Source: Ramazzottius varieornatus
Lineage: Eukaryota > Animalia > Tardigrada
NCBI GenBank assembly: GCA_001949185.1
Contig: BDGG01000007.1
Span: forward strand, 2,004,730 to 2,068,729
Direction: 5' to 3'
Length of the DNA: 64,000 bases
The notes beneath the pieces are model-generated. The model had not been told where the DNA came from. It was given only the letters and a program-made list of their open reading frames with translations, and did no database searches. Shown here in pieces: positions 24,762-37,300 of this stretch. Positions within the stretch are counted from its first letter, which is position 1, and each line of letters opens with the position of its first letter. A program made the translations under genes and the position numbers.

Positions 24762-26905
24762 ATGAATAATTCGTCAACTAGTCTCATCTCGGGATGTAAC
24801 TGGAAGAATGAGAATCCCTACAAGGAAGTGAATGTGGACAGCGTCAACACTCCAAGTCTCTATGTCGAGCTGATTATTTATCCCATCCTCTTGTTCATAT
24901 GTACACTGGGCAGCATAATCACCATTTCCGTCCTCGCAACCCAACGCTCAAAGACCACTACCAATGTCTACCTCATCGCCCTGGCTGTTTCTGATCTTTG
25001 CGTCCTGTAAGTATAAAATCCCGAAATTCTCCAATGAAATTGCCCCTGTAAAACAAGCGCTAACATGATCATACAGTGCGGCCTGGCCAACTTTGTGCAA
25101 CCGTTTTTTCAAAGCCATCTTTTTTCAAGCACTACGCGTACCATAGTTTCCTTGCTCGCTGTTGCGAAGATAAAGATCAAGTGATCCGAGTGAATTCCAA
25201 CTGTTTTTGGCAAAATGAAAATGCTAATACGCTCACATTGATTAGAGTCAAACAGAGATGGGCTAATTTGATGTGATTTTAGATTTTCTACGATTCTGTA
25301 TAAGCGCTTTTATCCAAAGCGGTGAAACGAGTTTGGAAAAAATAAAAGTATTTTTGGAGAATAATTAAAGAAATCAGTTTCGGGCGCCGCTTTTGCGTTT
25401 TGTCCTCCGACTTTCCAAGTCGTAAGTTTGAGTACCGAAGTCAGAACAGGGAATATTTTGTGGCATTCTGAAAGAAGATAACCCCGGCTGTCGGACAATA
25501 ATAGAGAAAATTTCCAGTATTCGCTTTGTATTTCAAACGAATTTCTGGGAAAAGTTGCACAAAGCTGGCCGGGCTGCACTGTATATTGCAGATGGCTCAA
25601 CCTGCCATTGTACATTGGCGAGGCGGACCCCGGTGTATTCGAAGATGAAATCTACTTCAACAACTGGTCGCGCTTTCATGGATTGGAGCAATGGTGGCAG
25701 GAAACTGCCGTCCAACTCTCTGACTGGTACTTTCTCCGAAACCATCGGATATACTAGCCTTTAGATCATTACTCGACCAAATGCTAGTTTTGGTAGTTTC
25801 CCAGACATTGTGTATTGCAGGACGTTGATTGTCTTTTCGGTCGAGCGGTTGCTAGCGATCTCCATGCCGCTCAACTACCGCAACAGACTGACGGTCCGAC
25901 GCGCCATCTATCTAGAGCTGGTCGTTCTGCTCCTCGCTGCCCTTTCGACGCTGGAGAACCCCGTCATGTGGTACTACGTCCTGGCAAATGACGATGGGGT
26001 CAGTTCCAAGCAAAAGATCGCCACACCCGCACTTTTACGATGGGAAACCTTGCAAAGGGAAGCCGAGGTAAATTTCTGACCAATTTGAAATGAACTCGAA
26101 ATTTCACTTGAAACGTCGACAGAGGAATTCGCCGAGATTATTTACCCAAGTGGCGCAGAAGTTCATCCCGTAGCCATGAAAAGGTGCACCACTCCGTTAA
26201 GCCTTGTGTTTGACTGACTGGTAGACTGGAATGACCATTGCAAAATGGGCTTTACTAGCCAGCATAAACGGCGTCCTCATCGTGGTTCTCGTCCATCAAC
26301 AAGGGCAGCAGAGCGCAGCCGTCAAAAGCAGCAGGAGGCAGGGCATGCGCAACAGCACTGCCATCCTCCTGGGCTGTCATGTCGTCTACTTCCTGACACA
26401 GATGCCCAACGTGGTGTACAAGTGCTTGGTCATTGCCAGCCTGCCACCCTACTGTTCCTACAACTTCACCTTCGCCGCACAAGTCCGCTCCCGTCCCTTC
26501 GTCACCGTGGCTCTGTTGACCAATTACTCTGTCAGCTTCTTCCTCTACTGTCTCGTCAGCCGCAAGTTCCGCTTTGAACTGCGACGACTGCTTGACGGCG
26601 TACTGGTCACCTGCAGACGGGGAGCCAGAAGAGCCAGTCATGTCCTCTTGTTGTCCAACACGACTTGCGCCTCTAGAGCAAGTGCCGATTTATCGTCGAC
26701 AGTGGCTTGTCATGTCCGTGGACGGGCTTTGTCGGCACCCAGTGTCTTCAACGAGCAAATTCATCGGGAACCTCACAACAAGGATGGTCACATTCTGAGA
26801 CGTCAGTCGGAGCTGCCCAGTGGTCAAGGCCAAGCTTGGAAGTTGCCGGCAACATATGGCAAGTCGGGTGGCCAGAGCACGAGTACTATGGAAAGCCATG
26901 TCTGA
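24762..26905 (+). CDS. Rhodopsin-family (class A) neuropeptide-type GPCR, FMRFamide/sex-peptide-receptor-like group
   Basis: TM1 'IIYPILLFICTLGSIITISVL', TM2 'TTNVYLIALAVSDLCVL', TM3 end 'FSVERLLAISMPL', TM6 'YFLTQMPNVV', TM7 'NYSVSFFLYCLVSRKFR'. Four exons. Confidence 0.9.
25074..25581. mobile_element. Tc1/mariner-type MITE in GPCR intron 1
   Basis: TIRs CAGTGCGGCCTGGCCAACTTTGTGCAAC / GTTGCACAAAGCTGGCCGGGCTGCACTG, flanked by TA on both sides. No coding capacity. Confidence 0.85.
26147..26195. repeat. Intronic palindromic module (1 unit)
   Basis: CAAGTGGC [33 nt] ACCACTCC, in the last GPCR intron. Confidence 0.75.
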
Positions 26906-27598
26906 TTCATTGTCGATCGCACACCGCAGTGTCAACTGCTCATTCTTGTTACTCGTTTCGCACGTTCTGAAATATGCCATTTGTACAAGACTCTTTCGCT
27001 GCTGGAGAAATTCTTGATGACTAACGTAAGACAGAGACAGACGGTTCTTCGGCCCGCATGAAGTGGTGTGTGGCGACGTATCGAAGGAAGTATGTCTTGT
27101 GTACGTGCTGCTATTTATGGTCTGGCCAGATATGATACGTCAGAAGAACGACACTTCTGACAGATGTTTGCGTTTTTTGCGGCTGCACTTCGTATGCAAG
27201 ACACACCCACCAAGACGTTTTTTGGCTTATCTAAACTACTTAATATGCTGTTCGGTATGTATAGCCAGCAAGTATTGGATGGCATCGTACGGTCATGCCA
27301 AGTCGATCGAGTGACTGATCCACCATTTCGCTTGTTTGTCATCAACTGGCAGCATATACCATTTCTTGATGGTTGTTTATATAGGGCAATCGAGAACTGC
27401 GGCGCAAATTTCAAGCAGTGTCTTGGTGGGGTAGAATCATCTTGCGCAGGTCATTCACAGAGTCTCTGCGCAAATCTCTGCTTTTCTGGACTTTCTTTAT
27501 TTTCTTAATCCTCTGTATTCTGCTCGGCATTTTGCATAGTCCGAAACAGGCACTCATCTAGGTACGGTACTGTACTGTACCAGAAGGGTTTGATTAGA

Positions 27599-28934
27599 AT
27601 GGGCGACGACAACTTCTTCCGACATAAACATTTGTTCATTTTCCTAAAGCAATGGGGTAAGTGGGTGTACAGATAGTCGATCTTGAGGAGCATCAAAGTT
27701 ACAGTTTAGTTGTTGAATTGTCGACTATGCAATCTGTCTGTGTCTATCATGGGCAGATGTGGACTGTGATGGCGTACTCAGTTCGGAAGACTTTGACTTG
27801 CTGGCTCAACGATTCGCCATCTACCAAAGACACGGTAAGTCCCGCTAGTCCCCATGTTCCATTTTCCACCATGGTGGCTACTTGTTCAGGACCTTGACAA
27901 TTTGTGATGCTGCTGGTCAACAGGGAAGTTTGAGAAAGATGTGGTCGATCGGTGGCGAGCCATCGTCGGGGGATGGTGGACTAACTTCACCGGCGCAGCC
28001 GACGCCAATCTGGTACCTCCCATTCACAACACGCCAGACGAGAGATTATGGTACAGTAAAGATCATTGGACAGGTCCAAAGGAAATCCGACGGCGAAATG
28101 GAAATTCGACCGTGGAGAAGTGTCGAAAAATGTCTTAGTGTGAATCGGTCGCGTACGTACGTGCTTCCGTACCGCCGTAGCGAAAAGGCCTGTACCATGA
28201 TTTTTACCGTACCATAATTTCTCGTCCTGCGACGCGTGTGTATTGCTTTGGGAAAACAAGGTTGCAGCTCTTCTGTACTACAGGACAAAAGCATTACATT
28301 CGAAGAGTGGATAGCCTTCTTCAAGAATCTGGCAGCCACCACCAAATCTCACACCGAACTACCCGAGTTCCTCAAAATGTATTTAAAGGTGAGTGCGCCA
28401 CATCGGCGCCACCTGTGGTGGCTCAAAAGACGCTGTCTGACGCTGCCTTCTTCATCTTGCAGATCTCCTTTACCTACATCGATTTCAACAGTAAGTTCAA
28501 CAATGGTCTGAAAAGAACCTTCCCAGTTGTAGCCATCGATCCCGCCTCACTCACACACACACACACACAATTTCTTTTCAGAAGATGGATTGTTTGATAT
28601 TCGAGATTACCGCATGTTGTTGGCTTCGACCAACGGCGATTTGCGAAGAGCCGACGATGCCTTCAACTCCATGCTTGGAGTAAGGGAGATGCTGCTTTTC
28701 TACCTCGACTAAGTCATCTGGCTTGCCGCATGAGCCTTCAAGATTGTCTGTTGGTTGCAGGAGGCGGACAAGAAGAAGCAAGCCTTGTCCGGAGAGCGCT
28801 ACTACGAGCTGATGTATGACTTTTGGACCTCTTCCAACCCAAATTCTCCTGGTCGATATATCTGCGGCATTTACGATTACCTCCCAAAGGACAAACTGGA
28901 AAACTACCATCGCCTTCTACTCAACACCAAGTAG
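27599..28934 (+). CDS. Sarcoplasmic calcium-binding protein / calexcitin-like EF-hand protein (paralog 1)
   Basis: Spliced: MGDDNFFRHKHLFIFLKQW|DVDCDGVLSSEDF...|KFEKDVVDRWRAIVGGWW...|DKSITFEEWIAFF...|IDFN|KDGLFDIRDY...|YDFWTSSNPNSPGRYICG. EF-hand loops and an SCP-type C-terminal motif are present. Confidence 0.85.
28037..28227. mobile_element. Small inverted-repeat element (MITE-like) in an SCP paralog 1 intron
   Basis: GACGAGAGATTATGGTACAGTAAAGATCAT ... ATGATTTTTACCGTACCATAATTTCTCGTC, an imperfect inverted repeat. Confidence 0.7.
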
Positions 28935-29042
28935 AACGAATAATAAGGAAGAGAAAGCTACTACCATGTCATATGCAAACCAAAGGATAAAACTCTTGAA
29001 CTAATCTTCCTGGTCCATGCCGTCTTGATTTCGGCCATTTTG

Positions 29043-30281
29043 TCAAAGAGACATGTTTTCGTATGGACCTAATATGTACTGTCCTCGGCATGCGGGATGG
29101 TGACTGGTCCAGTACTCGTAAAACAGCTCGTCAAACCGTTGACGTGACAAAATGCTGTCGTTGCGCAGATCAGTGCTCTGGAAAGGAACAGATCAAAACA
29201 TCGTAAGGAATGTTCCGATGAATTACAGCCAGTTGGCGTATTCTACATGACGGTCTTTGTGGTCCTCACCGACAGCATGAATGCGTAGCAATCGTTGCTT
29301 CTCATGATATCCATATTGTTTTTGGCCACGTATATCCTTCGAAAGAAATACAGTAACTTCAGAATAGCGGCTAAAACATGTCGAATTGACACGTGGTATA
29401 CCGGTAGTCTTTAACGCAGATCAAGCCGTCTTCTGGCAAAAAGAAATGAAGAGACATTGCGTAAGATTTAGAAAACTGTTGACATGAGAGACGCTCCTTC
29501 ATGAACTTACTGTTGTAGTCCATGCGAACAAAGAGTAAATTGCCGTAAGCTTTCAGGAAGTCCTGCAGAAGGCGGAAACTTTACAGAATCCGCTTTTGGT
29601 CAAATGCAGCTTCTGAAGTCTTACAGGTAATTCCCGGTAGCTATCGGCCAAGATGCTGACTTTCTTCAGAAAGCGGGCCCAGTCTTCGAAGGAAACGGCT
29701 CCAGATCTTCTATCGCTCGACCCCTATAATAATAATAAACCGCCCGTCCCACTTCCTTCATCTTACGCCAGAAGTTGAAGTCTTGGGGCATGGCTGATTT
29801 CTAATCCGACTTTGTATTTACCGCGGAAAATAGGCGGAAACAGTCTTTGACTCGAAATACGCCGCAGCATAAGACACGATATTCTTGCACAACCACCACG
29901 ACCTGGAGGTGGTAAAAGAAGGGTAAAACACTATCTTCCCAACTGACCTTGTTTGAGAAATCAGGACTGGAGGGTGTGGCTTCAGCCAGGAGGATGTCCC
30001 ACCAGCCGCCGAGGTACGATCGCCATCGGGCTACAACGTCTTCCTCCCACTTTCCATGCCGTTGCAGGACCGCCAGTGTTTCCGCGTTGCTCATGAAATC
30101 CTCGGCCGTCAGCCATCCATCTCCATCCAGATCTATCGCACACACCAGAACAGATGAGCTACAGTATTCCCACCGGCCAAATTTGCCAGCATTCTTGCCA
30201 ACGCCGCAGACAGTTCTCACCCCACGACTTGTAAAAGTTGAAGAGATGCCGCTCCTTGTAGTTGTCTTTCAAACTTGCCAT
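29043..30281 (-). CDS. Sarcoplasmic calcium-binding protein / calexcitin-like EF-hand protein (paralog 2)
   Basis: Spliced: MASLKDNYKERHLFNFYKSW|DLDGDGWLTAEDF...QRHGKWEEDVVARWRSYLGGWW...GAVSFEDWARFL...MDYN|KDGLICVKDYR...FYEYWTSHHPACRGQYILGPYENMSL*. The first intron is at the same position as in paralog 1. Confidence 0.85.
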
Positions 30282-31151
30282 ACCCACAACTATCACGGAG
30301 ACAGCTTTTTCTGAAAAGCAATCCTTCGGGGAAGGTCTGTACCTCTTCTTAGGCCAGACTACGCAAATCAGCGAAAGTAACTGTTATACTTGCACAGCTG
30401 ACGCACCTGTTTGCACTTCCGGGCGAGCTACGCTGACACTTGCACTACCACTCTCGTTTCCACCGATGGTAAAATTAATGAGCTATTGGTCCATCATGAA
30501 AACATCAAGGCAGGGTCGCCCACTTAGAGTCTAGCTGGTCTTCATGCATTCCATGCGGCACACTTGAGAAACCTGTTTCAGCCTGTTTCTCCAACGCGTT
30601 GAACACACATCGGCCTCAACAGCAGCACAGATGGTCCTTCACTCAGCCGTGTTTTGTCCTTTTATCGTTTGATTGTCAAAAAGCTTAATGGGAAACCGTC
30701 GCCGTTCAAGCGCTAGAGATTCATTATGCATGCAGATCTTGGCCATGCCACAGTGAGTTTGCGTTGTCCCCGAAATTCGGGCGAAAGGGAAGGTGTTATG
30801 CCGTGATGTCAGATGACGGAGAGTCATGTCCGCAGCATGTCATGTGAGGTAAGCCATGACTTGACACAGTGTGCAATGATAAATAGCACTTCGATACTTT
30901 GATCGACTTTCTTCCCGTCATCCAGAGTTTGAATTCCTCCGTTAACCTCTCACGGTTACCCACGGGAGGATAGTTGTATGTGAAGAGTTAGTAGAGGCTG
31001 CACAACGACCGATGACCGATATTATGCTCTGGCAAATTCGTTCACGGGCAACGATCAGCTGACAGGGCATTCTCTCTCCGATTGTCATGATTACCATTTA
31101 TATTCCTTGTAGCTATCGGAGCCTGTCGCATCTTCCCTTACTTCGGAACTC

Positions 31152-32541
31152 ATGATCGAGATGGAGGAGCCTCTCATGCCAGAAACCACCATTAAACACC
31201 AGATTCAAAAGGCCATTCCCGGCACGCGCAAATCTTACGCAGTCTTTGGTGGAATTTTCCTCTTGTCCCTTGTCTGCATGGGTCTCCTTTACACCAGCTT
31301 CCCCAACTTCGAACCGTAAGGTAACTCTCCTCAGAATCTTCATTGATATCCTAAAAGAGGCCTTCCTTACAGAGAAGAGAAAGCGGTTTTCAAGCTTCCC
31401 AAGAACATCGACGACGCCAAAGCCTTGGGAGCCGTCTTGAATCGATACAAGGAGAAATATCACTATCAAGTCTTTGCATCTTTCTTCCTGACCTATATTT
31501 TGTAAGTTCCTCTCTCTCGTTTTGTATTTTACTGTGGCAAAAGGATAAACGATGTTTGCTTCACAGTTTGCAATCCTTCGCTATTCCTGGCTCCATATTC
31601 CTAAGCATTCTATCGGGATTTCTATTTCCATTTCCGGTGGCCTTATTCACCGTTTGCGCAGTAAGTCTATCACGTTTTTACGTACAACATGTAGCGGAAC
31701 ATGACCATATCTCCCCGTATGCAGGCTGTCGAGCGTCACCACCCTCTCCTGTGTCGTTCGTTGCTTTTTTTGATTTCTCGGAATACTTTCTCTTCATTTT
31801 CGCTTTTCATTGTAGTGTTCTGCGATAGGAGCTTCCTGTTGCTACTTACTGTCGCTGATGGCCGGTCGACCACTGTTGATGAAGTATTTCCCGGAACGGG
31901 TCGCAGACTGGACGCAACATGTAAGGAAAGGTCGTAGCAAAGTCTAGGCTCTGTTATGCTTTCCGAGATGGGCCGTGGGACTAATGTTGTTACAAAATAC
32001 CAACGATTACATTTCTGCGATTTTTTTCGTGTGTTGTAGGTTGATAAACATCGAGACAGTTTGCTGAACTACATAATCTTCTTGCGCATCACTCCTTTCC
32101 TTCCCAACTGGTTCATCAATGTCGCATCTCCCGTCATTGGTGTATCCCTCCAGCACTTCTTTCTCGGCACTTTTCTCGGTAAGGATATGTTTTTCTTGAG
32201 TTTCAACAAGTTCATTCATTTTTTCTTTGCGAAGTCAGGCACAAAAGAATTGCACAAGGAGAATCGAACCTATGTCGTCCGATCAATGACCGTTGTCTTA
32301 TTGCACCATGATGAAGCAGTTGTAATGTTACATGATAGGATGTACTGAGTAATGCTGTGCGTTGGTTCCAGGCGTGGCGCCACCGTCGTTTGTGGCCGTC
32401 CAAGCTGGAAAGACCCTGCACAAGCTCTCTTCCAGCACAGACGCCTTTTCCTGGACCAGTGTGATCCTCCTCGGCGTTTTCGCCCTTCTTTCTTTAATTC
32501 CGATAGTTTTCAAAAAGCATTTAGCGCGAAAGTTTGATTGA
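31152..32541 (+). CDS. TMEM41B: TMEM41B (DedA/VTT-domain lipid scramblase, Stasimon)
   Basis: 'LQSFAIPGSIFLSILSGFLFPFPVAL', 'LLNYIIFLRITPFLPNWFINVASPVIGV', 'GVAPPSFVAVQAGKTL', C-terminal 'RKFD*'. Confidence 0.96.
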
Positions 32542-34383
32542 TTGTGGGCAATTGGTATGTTTCATCGATTCCGGTGTAAGAGTGAGTATCAGCAGCTGCA
32601 CCCTTGTTGTTTTTTTCTTTGTTTCCCAGCCATCGATCACAACTACATTTTTCTGTAGTACATGATTATAGCCACTTTCCATTGACAGATGTGCCAGATT
32701 ATGTCTGTTTTATGCGGCACCAGACAAAGAAGCCGGAGATAAGTCTGATGGCAGCTCTCTCGCGTATTTGGGCTAATCCGAGGTAGAATGGTCTTTAGAA
32801 AATTTATCTATCAACAAAAATCATTAATCCGTATCAAGGTCGGCTTGGCTTTGTGTGTACCAGTTTTCTGTGCTTAAGCTGGCAAGGATTGCTCGGTCAC
32901 GTATTGACCAGACGAGATGGTCGATCATGATCATGACTATCTATTCCGCACATAGCAGATACTCGTACTCGTACTACGAAACCGGTCCATGACGTGGCTG
33001 GTTTGCTCTGCTGAATCATCATTCCTACGCTGTATAGATTGTGTTTCTCCGATACTAACAATGTCGCTCGATGATTCACACGTTGCGTATGAGGATGGGT
33101 GAATGTTTCATCTTTCGGTATCAAACGCTAACAGCAGTGCCGGATGAAAGACATCTTTGACCGGCCATTCAGTAATCCAGTACAGTTTGAACTGACAGGA
33201 AATGTTGATGCATCCTCTCTCCATGTGTCCATCTGTACATCCTTGTCTTTCAATGGTCGGCTAATGGGGAATTCAAGGCTTGAGTCTCGGATCTGTCAGT
33301 ACAATTTCGAGCCATCATGCTGGTCATCTTTGAAAGGTTACAAAATTACGCAGGTTTTCTACGATAGATTAACCGGTGAACGTTTTCAACGGTCATTTCA
33401 GACGGAATATATTGTTGACGGTAAGTTTGCTTTTTTCATTCGAAGGATGGTGGGAAAACTCGCTTATACGGTTTGTTGCGGTCAACGGTTAATTAGTGAG
33501 TCAATGGAGCTTAACTTGGCGCTTCCGCTTTGGCAAGTTAACGTTCACGGTAGAGTATCAGCGAGTACCGTTATGGTGGAAGTTAGACAAGCATGTTTGG
33601 TCTGGCAATTTGCCCGCGGATGTTGTCGCAGGCGTTCAGCAACTGCCGGCAAAGGTGCACAACTTTAAAATGGGTCTGTCACGGAGAGGAGAACCCTGTC
33701 GGTCGTAAAAGGTGTAACCGAGCGTTGCATGAGTCAACACCGTTTTAATGAGGGATTTTCCTTATCGTGATGGAAGTTGTCAACGGCGCAGCCTCAGAAT
33801 TACCGGTTTCCTTTTCCGCGGCACACACTTCAGCAAATCATTCTGGCCACGGGGACATTTGAAATAACAAGCTGAAGTATAAAATGCCCAGTGTGGTTTC
33901 CTCAAAGATCGGGTAACTTTGACATGATTGCGTTTACTTAGGGCATAAATACTTTGATAAGAAGTTTGCGGACGAATTTCAAGTGGACAGAGGGCGGCAG
34001 TGACAGCATTGCGATCTAGTTACACCGTAATCCAGATCACAAAACCGACGGTACGGACTGTGGTAACCGCCCCCTCACCCTTTCTAATGGGCGGCATTAC
34101 GTTAATTAAACGAATCATATTTGGTAAAGGTGTGCGCCACTGGTGACCATTGGTTTGTTGATTGGACTGATTGATCGGCAAGCCGCAGTTTGCCACTCGA
34201 TAAACGATTGAAATCACAGCAACTCTTTTTGACTTTTTATCCGAAGTCACTCGCATCTCTTTGCAGGAATTTTATCCCATCTCTGTGCTGCTCCCGACAA
34301 AACTGGATTAACCACACGAAGCGAGGACAAATCTATATCCGGGACCAGCTGAGGGAATTCTGACGTGGATCGACTTGTCAGCC

Positions 34384-37300
34384 ATGGCGGCGACGAAAGC
34401 AGTCAACGGCACTGTTGCCGATCTAGGTAAGCTCCGATAGTCTCCCATTCAGCAGGCTTTCTCCCTTGCTTTCACATTTTGCCACTGTAAAGTAGAAATC
34501 AGGCTGTTTCTCCGTCGTTGCCGCTGCAGTGTCAAGTGCAGAAAATAGGCTAATTCGATTTCTGGCGAATTTTAAAGAAGGGTTTAATCGATAACAGGTT
34601 GCTGTTTTGATTGATTTGTTGTAACGGATGATTTGACAAATGGTTGATTGGGTTTCTTGATTGGCTGTTGTGGTTTCGAGTTTATTTTCCGTTTCCGTTA
34701 CCATCGATTATTCCCTGCGCAATCGACCTCATTCCATTACTCTCTAGTTTGCCGTGTTTGTTCGGTCATGCACATAACTGACAGTGGTCTTGAATGTCCA
34801 ACTATGCCTTCCTCATGCTGAGCACGAGAGTGTAAGCTATAGCTGGGTTCACGTGACGCGTGTTGACATGACTTGAGAGATGCAGCCATTCTCCATCTGT
34901 CATCTTGCAGCTTTTATCACCCAGCAGGATATCCAACATTCCTGCCTCACTGGCCTTGTGTCCGAACATCGGTAGCTCATGTCTGAGAGAGGATGTCCGA
35001 AAAAGCAACCGAAAAGCAGCTAGAAATCAGTCCTACAGAGAAATTTTCACTGTTGGGTTTATAATTCTGCCGTTTTTCTACGATACACCCTGGCAGGTTC
35101 ATGCCGACACGGCCCTGTTACCGAGGCTAAATTTGCCATTTTTCTACGAGAAAGGTTATCAGGTCTGTGCTAGCACGGCCTGTTTCGGGGTTGAAAATAT
35201 CGTAGAAATAAGGCGGAATTGACTCTTATGGATGGCCTTCTTTTGTTAGACTGATTGATTGGGTTGTGCAGGCACTATCGAAAAAAATGCTCTCATTGAG
35301 ATTGAGAACACGTTTTTTGTTTGTTCACCCCAATGAATCCATAAATTTGACTCTTCAGACAGTTTTTACGGCCTTGCGAAGTTTTGTACTCATTTTTTAC
35401 GATTGTCGCAGAGATGATTACACCTTTTGAGCCGAAGAATATTGCCCATATTGGACAGTGGTGGTGTGAGTCGTTTCGGACCGGTGAGTACACCATTGCC
35501 TCATCAACACCTCCATCCTCGCAACGCGGACACCTTCCACGCCTCCCTATCTGTATTGCCCATAAAGCGTGCCTGATCTTGCGTGCCAACGAACAAAACT
35601 AGACACTTTTTTCAAGCGTCAAATCACATTAAACATTTCGTTGCTGGCAGGAATATCGGGTTTTCGAGGTTTTTGGTGGCGTGAGAAACGGAGGAGATTG
35701 GTGCAGGTCCGATGAAGCTGTACGATGGGCGATGTGCTGTTGACGTATAGTACTTTGCCTTGTGTAATGTCTTCATCATTAATCGTGCTGGTCAACGCAT
35801 GCAAGAAACGAGAGAAAAGGATAACTCTTGAGACTTGACACTCCCCGAGTGATGTTGATAGGCGATGTAATCACAGAGTTCTTGGAGCTGGCTGAAAATT
35901 AGAAATTGGCTGTGCCGTCAAGACGATACGGCCAAGAAAAGCGTCAAACACTGAAGTTGGAAAGAAGAAATTGATTGGTGGAGCTACATGTTAGCGGAGG
36001 TGGTCAACAAATGTGTGCCTGTCCTGTACAGGTGTTGTTGTGGTTGCAGAGAAAGTGATCCTAACGCCGGTGGCCAAAGGCGACGACTGGACCATCCTGC
36101 AGCTGGAGCGCAAACGCGTCGATACCCAGCATTTAGGCAAGGACGTGCACGTTGCCGGAGGAGCGCACAAGGGACTGCTTGTCAACCGCCAACTGTCAAA
36201 TGGTTAGTTTACAACCTCGAAACTTACGCCTTCAGCCCTAAATCTAAACCTCTTGCTCTTTTGCTGATGACAGCGGCGGACTATGGCGACCCCATCCCGC
36301 CCCAAGTGCACCTGGACTTTAACGTCTTTTTGGTGGACCAGAAGACGGGCAAGCACTCGATGGAGAATCGGCTGCTCAAGTTTTGGTTCAAGGCCGACAT
36401 TGACCCCGAACAGCAAATGTGGCTTGCCGCAGAGTACTTTAAGGAACTGGTCAACCCAGAGACCTTCCCCCGCGGTATCAAAGCCCTTATCTTATCGCTT
36501 TTTGCAAGAGTTAGCGCCACATTGTCGCCCTCTGTACACTGCTGTATATTTGCATTGTTCTTTGCTAGATTACGTCGGCTTTATTACTCGTCTGATGAAG
36601 CTGATGCAGAAAACCTACACACAAATAGCCTGCCTCAAAATCCACCTCAAACAACTACCACCACCCTCCATCGCACCAAAACCACCCATTTGGCTAAGTA
36701 AGTTCGCTCTTCGCCTGCCTCCAATTTTGTCACCACGAAGAAACACCGAACAAAATCTGATTTCTGTATTACCCGCTAACAGTCACGCTGTTCCATTACA
36801 TTGCACATACTGAAAGTGAATACTTTGCACTCCGTTTCGGGCAGGGTACGTTATTCAGTGCTGCTTTTGCATTGGATGGTACCAAGTAAAAGCATGGTTA
36901 TGCTGTTCGGTTTATGGTCGGGTTGACTAGTTGGTCTGTTCGTAGGTGCCGAAGCGGAAAGCAACAAAGTGATTGAAGTCCTGACAGAAGAGACCCTCTT
37001 GGAGATGATCGAACGAGCCTTCCCCAACGGCCTAGCTTTCAAGGATATTGCCAAGTAAGCCATTGTCCCAGTCACTTTTCTATTTCGACCATCTGACCAT
37101 ATTCCATCACAAGAGGCAAGGGTGCAATGACGGCATTGTTGTGCACAAAGAGTAGCCCTCAAGTCAAAGTCAGTAGCGCATTTGCATACAAGGGTGATCA
37201 TCCAATCATCCGTCCATCAGCTGGTAGTGACCACACGTCCTGTCCGCAGGCTTGTTAGGCGTGTTATTGATGAATGGTCATCCGCTTGGACGACTTTGCA

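Noticed and set aside
28391-28420. GTGCGCCAC half-sites here and at about 34132, 36515 and 42482 (GTGGCGCAC)
   Set aside because: There is no partner arm at the 33-nt spacing, so they were not counted as modules.
33144-33668. 174-aa plus-strand ORF between TMEM41B and the PNP-domain gene
   Set aside because: No motifs or splice context. The opposite strand also shows broken frames, so it may be a chance ORF or the shadow of a decayed sequence.
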